A stretch of DNA of 64,000 nucleotides from Gemmatimonadota bacterium (lineage in GTDB: Bacteria > Gemmatimonadota > Gemmatimonadetes > Palauibacterales > KS3-K002), in NCBI GenBank assembly GCA_039586795.1, contig JBDHJS010000002.1, forward strand, positions 64,001-128,000, in the 5' to 3' direction. The translations under genes were made by a program, and so were the position numbers. Numbering within the stretch: position 1 is the first letter of the stretch; every line of letters starts with the position of its first letter. The notes beneath the pieces are model-generated. The model saw nothing but the letters and a program-made list of their open reading frames with translations, had not been told where the DNA came from and searched no databases. Positions 1 to 8,947 of the stretch are shown here, one piece after another.

Positions 1-568
1 TCTCATCCAATTCCTCGGGCGTCGGTGCTCGGTCCTCGTATCCGAGCACGTGGATACGCACGGTCGTCGCCCCGACGAATGACGCGACGTTCGTCGAGAT
101 GCCCCGGTTCTCCAGGTATTCGAGATATTCGTCGAGTGTGGTCCACTCGATCTCGAACTTGATGTCGCCCTGGCTGGCCTCTTCCTCGGCCTTCATCTCT
201 TCGTTGAGTGGGCCCATCGACCACCCCTCGCCGAATACCTCGAGCGTCACGCCCTGACGTATGTCGCTCTGCGAGCGGCCGTCCTCGATCAGCGACTCGG
301 TGGCCCAACTCAACATGTTGATGAAGCCTGGCGCTACGGCCAGCCCGCTGGCATCGATCTCGGTCGCGCCGCGTACCTCCCGCAGATCACCCACCGCGGC
401 GATCTTGTCCCCGTCGATCGCCACGTCGGCGACGTACCCCGGCTCTCCGCTTCCGTCGTATACCGCGCCGCCCCGGATCACGACATCGTAGTCAGGCGCG
501 CCAGCGCACGCCCCCAATACACACAGCAAGGCGCTCAGCCAGATTCGCGCGCCAAGGCCGACTCGCAT
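1..568 (-). CDS. N-acyl-D-amino-acid deacylase / D-aminoacylase family amidohydrolase, lipoprotein-like N-terminus (partial, runs off window)
   Basis: Read by hand from ATG at 568 with GGAGG RBS: MRVGLGARIWLSALLCVLGAC...YDVVIRGGAVYDGSG...ADVAIDGDKIAAVG...IDASGLAVAPGFINMLSW...SDIRQGVTLEVFGEG. Absent from the ORF track because it has no stop in the window. Confidence 0.85.
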   Translation of the reverse strand, partial: MRVGLGARIWLSALLCVLGACAGAPDYDVVIRGGAVYDGSGEPGYVADVAIDGDKIAAVGDLREVRGATEIDASGLAVAPGFINMLSWATESLIEDGRSQSDIRQGVTLEVFGEGWSMGPLNEEMKAEEEASQGDIKFEIEWTTLDEYLEYLENRGISTNVASFVGATTVRIHVLGYEDRAPTPEELDE

Positions 569-652
569 GATTTCCTCCAGGATGGTCTGTGGGCGATGAT
601 GCTCCCGGTCGAGACTAATTACTTCGCGCGGCGGGCCCCCGCAACACGCGGG

Positions 653-2005
653 TCACTTACCGATGCAGAAGCGGGAGAATACGTGGGCCAGCAGCTCGTC
701 GGGGGCGATGACGCCGAGCAGCTCCTCGAGGGACCGCGCCGCCGAACGCAGGTGAGTCGCCGCTACTTCAGGCGCCAGCTTCGCCGACCGCGCATCGCAG
801 AACTCCTGAATCTCATCCCGGGCTCGACGTAGGTCCCGGGCGTGGCGCTCCCGGGTCACGAGCGGGGAATCAGCGTCTCGTGCCAGCGCTCGCGAAAACA
901 CCGCCTCTACCAAGAGCTCGCGCAGCGCACCCAACCCGGAACCCGTCTCGGCCGACACAGAAACTTCCGGCGCCGCGAGCTCCGCCCCCTCCGGCGCGAC
1001 CGCGTCGGCTATGAGATCATTCTTGGTGCGAACCAAGACGACCACATCGGCCTCGACTTCGTCCAGGAACCGATGCTCCTCATCCGATAGCGCTCTGCCT
1101 TCCTCGACGCAGAACAGCACGACGTCGGCCCCTTCCAGGTAGCGCCGCGCCACCTCGATTCCCTTTCGCTCAACCTTGCCCGGCGCCTCTCTCAGACCCG
1201 CCGTGTCCACCAGGCGGAACGGATAGCCTTCGAGAGAGACGACCGCCTCGACGGCGTCTCGGGTCGTGCCCGGCTCATCGGTGACGATCACACGCTCGGT
1301 GCCACAAAGGGCGTTGAACAGGCTCGACTTCCCGGCGTTGGGCCGGCCGGCGATCACCGTTAGCGCGCCCTCACGGACCAGCTCGCCGTCCGTTGCGGTC
1401 TCGAGCAGCCGATCGATGCGCGCCGCTACTTCTCGCGCTGCGGTGTCGATCTCCTCCGCGGCCACCGGCCCTTCGTCTTCCTCGGGGAAATCGATCTCGT
1501 ACACCAGCAGCGCTTCGCATTGGATCACCGCTTCCCGCAGCTCCTCTATGCGACGCGACAGCCCCCGGTCCAGCTGGTGGAGCGCCGCCCGATGACCAGC
1601 CGCCGAGCGGCCATCCACCAGATCCAGAATCGCTTCCGCCTGGAGCAAATCGAGCTTTCCATTCAGGTACGCCCGACGGGTGAACTCCCCGGGCTCGGCC
1701 GGCCGCGCGCCAGCGGCAAGAATCGCATCCAGCGTGAGCTGCGGCGCCAAAGCGCCCCCGTGACAACTCAACTCGAGCATGTCTTCGCCGGTGTAGCTGC
1801 GAGGGGTAGGGAAGTAGGTGGCGAGGACCTGATCGGCACGCGCGCCTGTCTCCGGATGGATCAACCAGCGAAGCGATGGCTCACGCTCGGGAAGCTCCTC
1901 ATCGAAGCAGCGATCCATCACGCCGAGAACGTCTGGCCCAGAAACACGAACCACCGCGATGGCCGAGCGGCCGGGGGCGGTGGAGATTGCTGCAATCGTG
2001 TTCAT
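653..2005 (-). CDS. mnmE: tRNA modification GTPase MnmE (TrmE)
   Basis: TIAAISTAPGRSAIAVVRVSG, SYTGED, GRPNAGKSS, DTAG, C-terminal FSRFCIGK; expected oriC-region synteny. Confidence 0.98.
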   Translation of the reverse strand: MNTIAAISTAPGRSAIAVVRVSGPDVLGVMDRCFDEELPEREPSLRWLIHPETGARADQVLATYFPTPRSYTGEDMLELSCHGGALAPQLTLDAILAAGARPAEPGEFTRRAYLNGKLDLLQAEAILDLVDGRSAAGHRAALHQLDRGLSRRIEELREAVIQCEALLVYEIDFPEEDEGPVAAEEIDTAAREVAARIDRLLETATDGELVREGALTVIAGRPNAGKSSLFNALCGTERVIVTDEPGTTRDAVEAVVSLEGYPFRLVDTAGLREAPGKVERKGIEVARRYLEGADVVLFCVEEGRALSDEEHRFLDEVEADVVVLVRTKNDLIADAVAPEGAELAAPEVSVSAETGSGLGALRELLVEAVFSRALARDADSPLVTRERHARDLRRARDEIQEFCDARSAKLAPEVAATHLRSAARSLEELLGVIAPDELLAHVFSRFCIGK

Positions 2006-2011
2006 TGCCTT

Positions 2012-2103
2012 GGGATTCTGTGGTTAGGGGATTACGAGATTCGGGGATTCCGGGATTGGAGACGATCAATCCCAGAATCTCGTAATCCCCGAATCCCCGA
2101 ATC
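2012..2103. repeat. Palindromic intergenic repeat built from ~8-nt GGGATTCG-like units (family A)
   Basis: GGGGATTACGAGATTC (2027-2042) and its perfect inverse GAATCTCGTAATCCCC (2075-2090); related copies at ~4677 and ~30726. Confidence 0.8.
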
Positions 2104-3830
2104 TACGTCTTAGCCTTCGCCGTCTTGCCCGGCGGCGGCTGGTTCGCCGCCGCGCGCCGCTCCTTCGCCAGATAGAGTTGCTGGGGGAGCGAGGCCAGGT
2201 TCATCGTCGCGTAGTAGAGATTGAGGCCCGATGCAAAGCGCAGGAACAGCACGACCATCATGATCGGCATGATCCACATCATCATCTTCATCTGCGGATT
2301 GCTCTGCGGCATGCTCTTGTGCGTGATCCACTGTAGCAACCAGATGGACGCACCCATCAGCACCGGGATGATGTAGAGCGGGTCCGGTTGCGACAGGTCG
2401 GGCAGCCAGAGGAACGGCACGCCGCGGAACTCGATCGTGTCCCTAAAGACGAAGAACAGAGCGATCAGTATCGGGAAGGGAAGCAGCATCGGGAGGCAAC
2501 CGCCCAGCGGGTTCACCTTGTGCTCCCGGTAGAGCTTCATCATTTCCTGTTGCAGCTTCTGCGGGTCGTTCTTGTACTTCTCCTGGATCTCCTTCATCAA
2601 CGGCTGCACGCGCATCGTCGCCATCTGCGAGCGCATGCTCTTCTGGTACAACGGGAAGAGCACGACCCTGATGCCGATGCCGAAGATGATGAGGATCCAA
2701 CCGTAGCCCAGCCCCAGGAAGCGGTGCATCCAGACCAGCAACGTCGTGATCGCTCCGGCCAGCGGACGAAGCACCGGTTGCAGCCACTTGTAACCGTACG
2801 GCGTGACCTGCTCGAGGTCGTAGCCCACCGCCTTCAGGCGCCCGTAGTCCTGGGGACCCAGGTAGATGGTGTACGCGAACCGCCCGTCCCGCGGCACTGA
2901 GAAGCTGGCAAAGCCGTTCGCGCGAAACGGATTCGGTTGTCCATCAATCACCACGCCACCGAACCGCCGATCCTCCGTCGCACCCGGCGGCAAGACCAGC
3001 GCGTTCACGAAGTACTTCGTGCGCACGGCCGTCCAATCAAAGGGGCCGTCGATGATCACTCGCGAACCGTCTACGACATCGACGACCTTCTCTGAACTCA
3101 CTCCCTCCGGGCCTTTGCCGCTGAACGCGAGGTTCGCGTCGTAATCGTTCTCCGGGTCCCACTCGTTGCTCTGCAGGCCCGGGCCCAAACCCATGGCCCA
3201 CCAGCCCGTCGGCTGGACACCGCCCAGTTCGCCCTCCAGATCGATCACGTAGCTGTCCGGCCGGAAGGTGTAGCGGATCTCGAGTTGGAACGGGACCCCT
3301 TCAGGACGATACGAGAGGGTGAGCGTTCGAGGCTGACCGCCCTCCGCCAGCCTCAGCCCGTTCCTCGGGCTTATCTCGAACGGAACGCGGGCGAAATCGA
3401 GCGTGTCGTTTCCGACCAGCCACTTGTGCGTGAAGAACGTCTCGGCGAATGCCGGAACCAGTTCCACGACCTCGCCCTTCGTGTTCGGTGCGAGCGACTC
3501 GAACTGCAGCATCTCCGCCGAGACCACGCGCCCACCGTGCTGACCGAAGCCGATCCGGTAGAGCGGGCCGGTGACCCAGACGGTGTCTTCCGCCTCCGGC
3601 TCGTCCGCCGCCGTGATACCCGGCAGCTGCTCCTCGGCCTGTTCGGTAGCGATCGGCTGTCGCCCCGGGGCGAGGGTCTCGGCCACCGCATCCGCCACAT
3701 CTTCCGGAACCGTGACGGAGTCCTCGACCACCACCGGTCGCTCCGGTGGCGGGGGTGGAGGGAACATGACGTTCACTATGAAGACGGTCGCGATCATCAA
3801 GACCACGGCCAGTATCAGTCGCTTCTCCAT
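2103..3830 (-). CDS. yidC: Membrane protein insertase YidC
   Basis: MEKRLILAVVL start, large periplasmic domain, NPLGGCLPMLL, FLWLPDLSQPDP, SGLNLYY. Confidence 0.97.
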   Translation of the reverse strand: MEKRLILAVVLMIATVFIVNVMFPPPPPPERPVVVEDSVTVPEDVADAVAETLAPGRQPIATEQAEEQLPGITAADEPEAEDTVWVTGPLYRIGFGQHGGRVVSAEMLQFESLAPNTKGEVVELVPAFAETFFTHKWLVGNDTLDFARVPFEISPRNGLRLAEGGQPRTLTLSYRPEGVPFQLEIRYTFRPDSYVIDLEGELGGVQPTGWWAMGLGPGLQSNEWDPENDYDANLAFSGKGPEGVSSEKVVDVVDGSRVIIDGPFDWTAVRTKYFVNALVLPPGATEDRRFGGVVIDGQPNPFRANGFASFSVPRDGRFAYTIYLGPQDYGRLKAVGYDLEQVTPYGYKWLQPVLRPLAGAITTLLVWMHRFLGLGYGWILIIFGIGIRVVLFPLYQKSMRSQMATMRVQPLMKEIQEKYKNDPQKLQQEMMKLYREHKVNPLGGCLPMLLPFPILIALFFVFRDTIEFRGVPFLWLPDLSQPDPLYIIPVLMGASIWLLQWITHKSMPQSNPQMKMMMWIMPIMMVVLFLRFASGLNLYYATMNLASLPQQLYLAKERRAAANQPPPGKTAKAKT

Positions 3831-3838
3831 ATCGAGTC

Positions 3839-4051
3839 CTACGGCACCGGGTCGTATCCGCCCCGACGGAACGGATGGCAACGGCCGATGCGTCGCAGAG
3901 CGAGCCAGCTACCCTTGAGTGCGCCGTGGCGTCCCAACGCTTCGATCGCATACTGAGAGCAACTGGGCGTATATCGACACGCGGGTGGCAGCAGCGGCGA
4001 AATCGCCAGCTGATATCCGCGTACCATCATCATCAGGAACCGGGCGAGCAT
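3839..4051 (-). CDS. yidD: Membrane protein insertion efficiency factor YidD
   Basis: [27 protein letters not shown]...[15 protein letters not shown]. Confidence 0.97.
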   Translation of the reverse strand: MLARFLMMMVRGYQLAISPLLPPACRYTPSCSQYAIEALGRHGALKGSWLALRRIGRCHPFRRGGYDPVP

Positions 4052-4602
4052 AGCTGTTCCGCTAGATCGACGATCTCTTCCTTCAATTGCTCGAACGCGA
4101 CTTCGTAAGCCGCGGGTCGGGCGCGAATCAAGATGTCCAACGCGACGCCCCGTTCCAAGCAGCGTGGCAGCAGGTGTTGCCGTGCCGCTTCCCTGAGCCT
4201 GCGTTTGACGCGATTGCGGGCAACAATCTTATGCCCATGCTTCGGAACCACCAGCGCCAGGCGCGGACGCAACGCGGGGGAGTCGGCGACGTACACGTCG
4301 AGATGACCCGTGCGCCTCCGCTCCCCCCGGCGAAATAATGCCTCGATGTCCGACTTCAGCCGGATACGCGCGCTACGCGGAAACCGGTAGCTGCCGCCCT
4401 TCCCGACCTCTACTTCTTCGGGACCGTCGCGGCGATTCGTTTCCGGCCCTTCCGACGCCGCCGGTTCACTGTGGCCCGGCCCGCCTTGGTCTTCATCCGG
4501 GCCCGGAACCCGTGCTTGCGCAGACGCCTCCGGTTCCGGGGACGGTATGTTGGTTTCATGGGGTCGACCCCTAGATATCGTTGCCAACCAAAGACTTCTC
4601 AT
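4033..4602 (-). CDS. rnpA: Ribonuclease P protein component. Start uncertain: the conserved core begins ~4390, and the nearest canonical starts upstream of it are TTG 4587 and ATG 4602, upstream of rpmH
   Basis: [21 protein letters not shown]...RLALVVPK...[12 protein letters not shown] (RNR motif); position between rpmH and yidD. Confidence 0.88.
   Translation of the reverse strand: MRSLWLATISRGRPHETNIPSPEPEASAQARVPGPDEDQGGPGHSEPAASEGPETNRRDGPEEVEVGKGGSYRFPRSARIRLKSDIEALFRRGERRRTGHLDVYVADSPALRPRLALVVPKHGHKIVARNRVKRRLREAARQHLLPRCLERGVALDILIRARPAAYEVAFEQLKEEIVDLAEQLCSPGS
4410..4559 (-). CDS. rpmH: 50S ribosomal protein L34 (49 aa)
   Basis: Read by hand: [58 protein letters not shown]. Confidence 0.97.
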   Translation of the reverse strand: MKPTYRPRNRRRLRKHGFRARMKTKAGRATVNRRRRKGRKRIAATVPKK

Positions 4603-4621
4603 GCTTTTGACGAGGGCCCCA

Positions 4622-4650
4622 ATTATATCCGGCCACGGGTGTCCAATCAA
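4622..4650 (-). promoter_or_regulatory. Putative sigma70 promoter of the rpmH/rnpA operon
   Basis: Minus strand TTGATT-N17-TATAAT. Confidence 0.7.
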
Positions 4651-4676
4651 GGCGGATTGCGGCTTTCCGGTGTTCA

Positions 4677-4747
4677 TTAGGGGATTACGAGATTCGGGGG
4701 TTCGGGGATTCGGTGGTGGTTCTAAATCCGGAAATCCCTAGATCCCC
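4677..4747. repeat. Intergenic repeat family A, second copy
   Basis: TTAGGGGATTACGAGATTCGGGG (4677-4699) is identical to 2024-2046, followed by inverted AATCCC-like units. Confidence 0.75.
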
Positions 4748-5940
4748 AACGCTCTCCACAGCGACCGCAGGCCCAACAGGGCCGCCACCAGGACCATCGT
4801 CGCCCCCAGCAGGTTGCTCGCCAGGCCGTTGGCCCGCTGGCCCAGGAGCGCCCGATCGTTCGCCACCCAGAGCAAGAATCCGGCGATGATCGGCAGCAGC
4901 AGCCCATTGGCTGCCTGGGCGAAGATGATGGCTGGCACCGGCCGTACGGCGAGCAAGGAGAAGGCGACGCCAACCAAGAGGACGGGAACCCAGGTCCACC
5001 GCGCCCTAGCCGATCGCAGGTCCGCATCCCAACCCATGACACCGCACGTCGCGTACGCCGCCGCCAGTGGAGCAGTGATCGCCGAGGACAGCCCGGCCGC
5101 CAACAAACCGAACGCGAAGAAAGCTCCCGCCCAACGTCCCAGGAGCGGCTCCAGCGCCTTTGCCATGTCACCGGCGTTAGTCACCTGGGTCAACGCCGGC
5201 AGGCTGGCAGCCGTCACGAGAACGGCAATCGAAATCAGGCCGCCGAAGCTGACCGAAATGGCGGTGTCCGCTCGGGCGAGGGGAAGATCATCAGCCGTCT
5301 TCCAGCGCTCGTGCGCGGCCGACGCGTGCAAGAACAGGTTGTACGGAACCACCGTCGTCCCGACGAGCCCCAGGGCGACAACCAAAACTGCCGGGTCTGC
5401 GAAACCGCTGGGGATCGCGCCACGGAGCAGAGCACCCAAATCGGGTTTGACCGCGATCGCCGTCGTCAGAAAGACCAGACCCATGACGGTGACCAGTCCG
5501 ACCAGCGCCTTCTCGACCCACCGGTACCGACCGCTCCAGAGCAGAGCGAACGCGCCCAGCCCCAGAGCCGGTCCCCAGAACCTCCCGCTTCCACCCAACA
5601 GCTCCTGCAAACCGAGTGCACCGCCCAGGAGATTGCCTGTCTCGTACGCGGCGTTCCCGATGAGAATCGCGCCGATGACCAGGGCGGCGGAGAGAACGCG
5701 GGGCAAACCGCCTTGAAATCGCCGACGCATCGCTTCCCCCAGGCCCATGCCACCGACGACGCCCAATCGCGCGGACATCTCCTGAAGGACGAGCGCCGCC
5801 ATTACGGCGAACACCAGAGCCCAGACCAGCACGTAGCCGTAACGAGCACCCGCTACCGTCGCCGTGGTCACCGTACCGGGCCCGATGAATGCCGCTGCTA
5901 CCACCGCGCCGGGTCCGATCCTGAGATCGCGAAACTTCAT
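4738..5940 (-). CDS. Nramp/MntH-family divalent metal cation transporter
   Basis: IGPGAVVAAAFIGPGTVTT, LQEMSARLG, GNAAYETGN, GTTVVPYNLFLH; many hydrophobic segments; GGAGG RBS before ATG 5940. Confidence 0.9.
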   Translation of the reverse strand: MKFRDLRIGPGAVVAAAFIGPGTVTTATVAGARYGYVLVWALVFAVMAALVLQEMSARLGVVGGMGLGEAMRRRFQGGLPRVLSAALVIGAILIGNAAYETGNLLGGALGLQELLGGSGRFWGPALGLGAFALLWSGRYRWVEKALVGLVTVMGLVFLTTAIAVKPDLGALLRGAIPSGFADPAVLVVALGLVGTTVVPYNLFLHASAAHERWKTADDLPLARADTAISVSFGGLISIAVLVTAASLPALTQVTNAGDMAKALEPLLGRWAGAFFAFGLLAAGLSSAITAPLAAAYATCGVMGWDADLRSARARWTWVPVLLVGVAFSLLAVRPVPAIIFAQAANGLLLPIIAGFLLWVANDRALLGQRANGLASNLLGATMVLVAALLGLRSLWRALGI

Positions 5941-5991
5941 CTGCGCCTCCCTGCTCCCACTCGATCGCAAAAACCTCTCGCTCGCCATCGC

Positions 5992-6020
5992 TTGACGAAA
6001 CCAGGTGACTCGTCTAAGAT
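5992..6020 (+). promoter_or_regulatory. Putative sigma70 promoter of dnaA
   Basis: TTGACG-N17-TAAGAT upstream of dnaA. Confidence 0.6.
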
Positions 6021-6097
6021 GGCGCGCGGCTTTCCTTCCAGCCGCAAACTCAGAAAAAAGATTAGAGCCTCAACTTCCCTACTGCGCGCCCGAATCG

Positions 6098-7471
6098 ATG
6101 GAGCTGACTGCCCAGGAAGCCTGGTCGAAAATCCTGGATAGCGCCAGAGCGAAGCTCGCTGAGCAGAGCTTTCGCACGTGGCTCGAACCCACTTCGGCTA
6201 TCGCCTTGTCCGCCGACCACCTCATTGTGGCCGTGACAAGCGATTTTGCTGTCGAGTGGATCGAGGACAAGTACGGCGAGCTCCTGAATGCCGAGGCGCG
6301 CGCCCTATTCGGGTCCTCCTTCTCTGTCAGCTTCGAGGTCCGTTCGGGCACGGATAAACAGACGCCCGTCATTCCGCCGATGCCGGTGGTTGGGCTAGAA
6401 GAATTACAAGACAGTGAAGCCACGGACCCACCGAGCGAGGTGCCGAGCGAGCCGGTAGTCGGCACGCTAAACGCGCGCTATACGCTCAGCAACTTCGTCG
6501 TCGGCAGCCATAACGAATTGGCGGCGGCGGCGTGCCAAGCGGTTGCTGACGCACCAGGGCGAGCGTACAACCCGCTCTTCATCTACGGTGGTGTGGGGCT
6601 CGGAAAGACCCACCTGATGCAGGCTATCGGGAACACGGTGCTTGCGAAATTCCCCGGAAGCCGCGTGGGCTACGTCCCGACCGAGCAATTCACCAACGAA
6701 CTCATCGCGGCTATCCAGGCACGTCAGACTTCTCAATTCCACACGCGCTACCGTCGCATCGATCTGCTCCTCGTCGACGACGCTCACTTCTTGGCCGGCA
6801 AAGAGGGGACCCAGGAAGAGTTTTTCCACACGTTCAATGCCCTTCACGACGCGCAGAAGCAGATCGTACTGACCAGTGACCGGCCACCGAAGGAGATCCC
6901 CGGACTCCAGGAGCGGCTCGTCTCTCGCTTTGAGTGGGGCCTGGTCACCGACATCAAGCCGCCGGACTTCGAGACCCGCGTTGCCATCCTGCGCTTCAAG
7001 GCCGAGCAAGATGGTCTGGCCTTAGACCAGGACGTTCTGACATTCATCGCCCAGCGTTGCCGATCATCGGTGCGTGAACTCGAGGGTGCGGTCATCAAGC
7101 TTCTTGCCTACGGGTCGCTAACCCGCAGGGAAATATCGCCGGAGCTGGCAGCGGAAGTGCTGGGTGGCGCGATGGGACCACTGGCTGATCTCAGCCCGGA
7201 GACAATCGAGGTTGCCGTGGCGGAGGCCTTTGGCGTCTCCACTGCAGACCTCTACTCAAAGAAACGCCAGCGTCGCGTGACCGACCCGCGTCAGGTCGCT
7301 ATGTACCTGGAGAAGGCCCTCTTGGACATGCCTTACACGAAGATCGGCGCTCGCTTTGGTGGACGGGATCACTCCACGGTCATCCACTCGATTCAAAAAG
7401 TCGAGCAGCAACTCGCGGACGACCCAGAATTCCGTCGACGCGTTGAAGACCTACGCAAGCGTTTCACGTGA
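6098..7471 (+). CDS. dnaA: Chromosomal replication initiator DnaA
   Basis: YNPLFIYGGVGLGKTHLMQA, QEEFFHTFN, SRFEWGL, RELEGA, GGRDHSTVIH. Confidence 0.99.
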   Translation: MELTAQEAWSKILDSARAKLAEQSFRTWLEPTSAIALSADHLIVAVTSDFAVEWIEDKYGELLNAEARALFGSSFSVSFEVRSGTDKQTPVIPPMPVVGLEELQDSEATDPPSEVPSEPVVGTLNARYTLSNFVVGSHNELAAAACQAVADAPGRAYNPLFIYGGVGLGKTHLMQAIGNTVLAKFPGSRVGYVPTEQFTNELIAAIQARQTSQFHTRYRRIDLLLVDDAHFLAGKEGTQEEFFHTFNALHDAQKQIVLTSDRPPKEIPGLQERLVSRFEWGLVTDIKPPDFETRVAILRFKAEQDGLALDQDVLTFIAQRCRSSVRELEGAVIKLLAYGSLTRREISPELAAEVLGGAMGPLADLSPETIEVAVAEAFGVSTADLYSKKRQRRVTDPRQVAMYLEKALLDMPYTKIGARFGGRDHSTVIHSIQKVEQQLADDPEFRRRVEDLRKRFT

Positions 7472-7751
7472 CCGTTGAAGGCAATACCCATTTCCTGTGG
7501 AGAGGAATCCGACGTTGGGGATAACCAGAAACAAACCCACAGTCCTCCCAGCTCGGAGCGCCACATCCCCAATCTCATTTCCACATCCGTCATGTACTCT
7601 GCACCGGCACAAACGACGAACTTCTGCAGCTCAGATGGGCACTTGCCCACGAATCCACGCCCCTGCTACTACTACTGTTTAAATAGACCTAGATAGTTTT
7701 AGTATACTTAGTCCGGGGAAAACTGAAGCCCTCTCACGCTGGAGCCGAAGA
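7472..7751. other. Replication origin oriC (dnaA-dnaN intergenic region)
   Basis: Degenerate DnaA boxes (7496-7504, 7516-7524, 7577-7585, 7643-7651, 7651-7659), then a C-run, CTGCTACTACTACTG DnaA-trios (7663-7677) and an AT-rich tract. Confidence 0.88.
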
Positions 7752-8855
7752 ATGAAGGTCACGATCACTCGGGAGAACTTCCAGAAAGGCCTCTCTGCAG
7801 TGGCCGCAACGATCCCAACACGTACAACGCTGCCTGTTCTGTCGAACATCCTGGTTGAGACGGTTGAAGGCGGGCTGCGAGTCCGTGGGACGGACCTGGA
7901 TATCTCGGTTAGCGTACAGACCCCTGCCGAAGTCGAGCGGGAAGGAGCCATGACCGTTCCGGCTAAGAAGGTGGCGGAGATAGCACGCGAGCTTCCTGAT
8001 GCACCGGTGGAGCTCCAGTCGGACGGGGGCCGGGTCTCTTTGGTTTGTGGAAAGGCCCGCTTTAAGCTAAACAGCCTTCCTAGCGATGAGTATCCGTCGT
8101 TCCCCGAAGTACCGTTTAAGGAAGGATGGCGCCTCAGAAGTGGAGATCTGCAGCGTCTCAGTGGGCATACGAGCTTTGCCGTCTCTACAGAAGAGACGCG
8201 CCCGGTGCTGAACGGTGTTTTGTGGCAGCTGCGTGGCCCTGAAATGCTCATGGTGGCGACCAATGGTCACCGCTTGGCCAAGATGGGCGTGAAACTGGAG
8301 ACCGCTCCTTCGGGTGAAGATGATCTGATCGTCCCACCCAAAGCTCTCCAGCAAGTCGAAAAGCTGTTCGATGCGGCAGACGAGTTGGAGATCGCTCGTT
8401 CCGAGAGTCACCTCGGCTTCCGGACCGAGAGGGTGGAAGTCTTCACACGCCTCATCGAGGGCCCGTACCCGAACTACGAGCAGGTGCTGCCTCAAGACAA
8501 CGACAAGGAGTGCAATGCGGACCTGGCTGAGCTGACGGCTGTCTTGCGGCGCGTAGCCACCGTGGCCTCGGACCAAACGCACCGTGTGCGTCTGAAATTC
8601 ATGCCCGAGAGGCTGGGCATGACGGTTCAGACTCCGGACTTGGGCGAGGCTGAAGACGAGCTGCCGGTCGAGTATGCTGGACCGGAGGTCGAGATCGGGT
8701 TCAACGCGACGTATCTACTGGAAGTTTTGAGATACATTACGGGCGAGCAAGTGAAGATCACTCTATCTGCCCCGGAGCGCCCAGCGACGTTCGAGCCAGT
8801 GGACAGCGAGGACGACTACCTTTGTTTGGTGATGCCCCTGCGCCTGATGGAGTAG
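7752..8855 (+). CDS. dnaN: DNA polymerase III beta sliding clamp
   Basis: TTLPVLSNIL, TDLDIS, ETRPVLNGV, ATNGHRL, RLIEGPYPNYEQV, LVMPLRL. Confidence 0.99.
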   Translation: MKVTITRENFQKGLSAVAATIPTRTTLPVLSNILVETVEGGLRVRGTDLDISVSVQTPAEVEREGAMTVPAKKVAEIARELPDAPVELQSDGGRVSLVCGKARFKLNSLPSDEYPSFPEVPFKEGWRLRSGDLQRLSGHTSFAVSTEETRPVLNGVLWQLRGPEMLMVATNGHRLAKMGVKLETAPSGEDDLIVPPKALQQVEKLFDAADELEIARSESHLGFRTERVEVFTRLIEGPYPNYEQVLPQDNDKECNADLAELTAVLRRVATVASDQTHRVRLKFMPERLGMTVQTPDLGEAEDELPVEYAGPEVEIGFNATYLLEVLRYITGEQVKITLSAPERPATFEPVDSEDDYLCLVMPLRLME

Positions 8856-8884
8856 GCGGGTTCGCCGTCTAGAGCAGGAAGAAA

Positions 8885-8916
8885 GAAGGCGGGGTCCGAG
8901 TTAGGGCCCCGCCTTC
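8885..8916. terminator. GC-rich hairpin between convergent dnaN and the permease gene; likely terminator
   Basis: GAAGGCGGGG...CCCCGCCTTC stem with a purine tract on the left (pyrimidine tract on the minus strand). Confidence 0.65.
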
Positions 8917-8947
8917 ATCATAGCGAGCGTCAGACTCCGCTGGTGAA

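Noticed and set aside
7393..7696. Short ORFs in the dnaA-dnaN gap
   Set aside because: They overlie DnaA boxes and trios (the YYY and TTT runs are the CTA repeats); the region is better explained as oriC.
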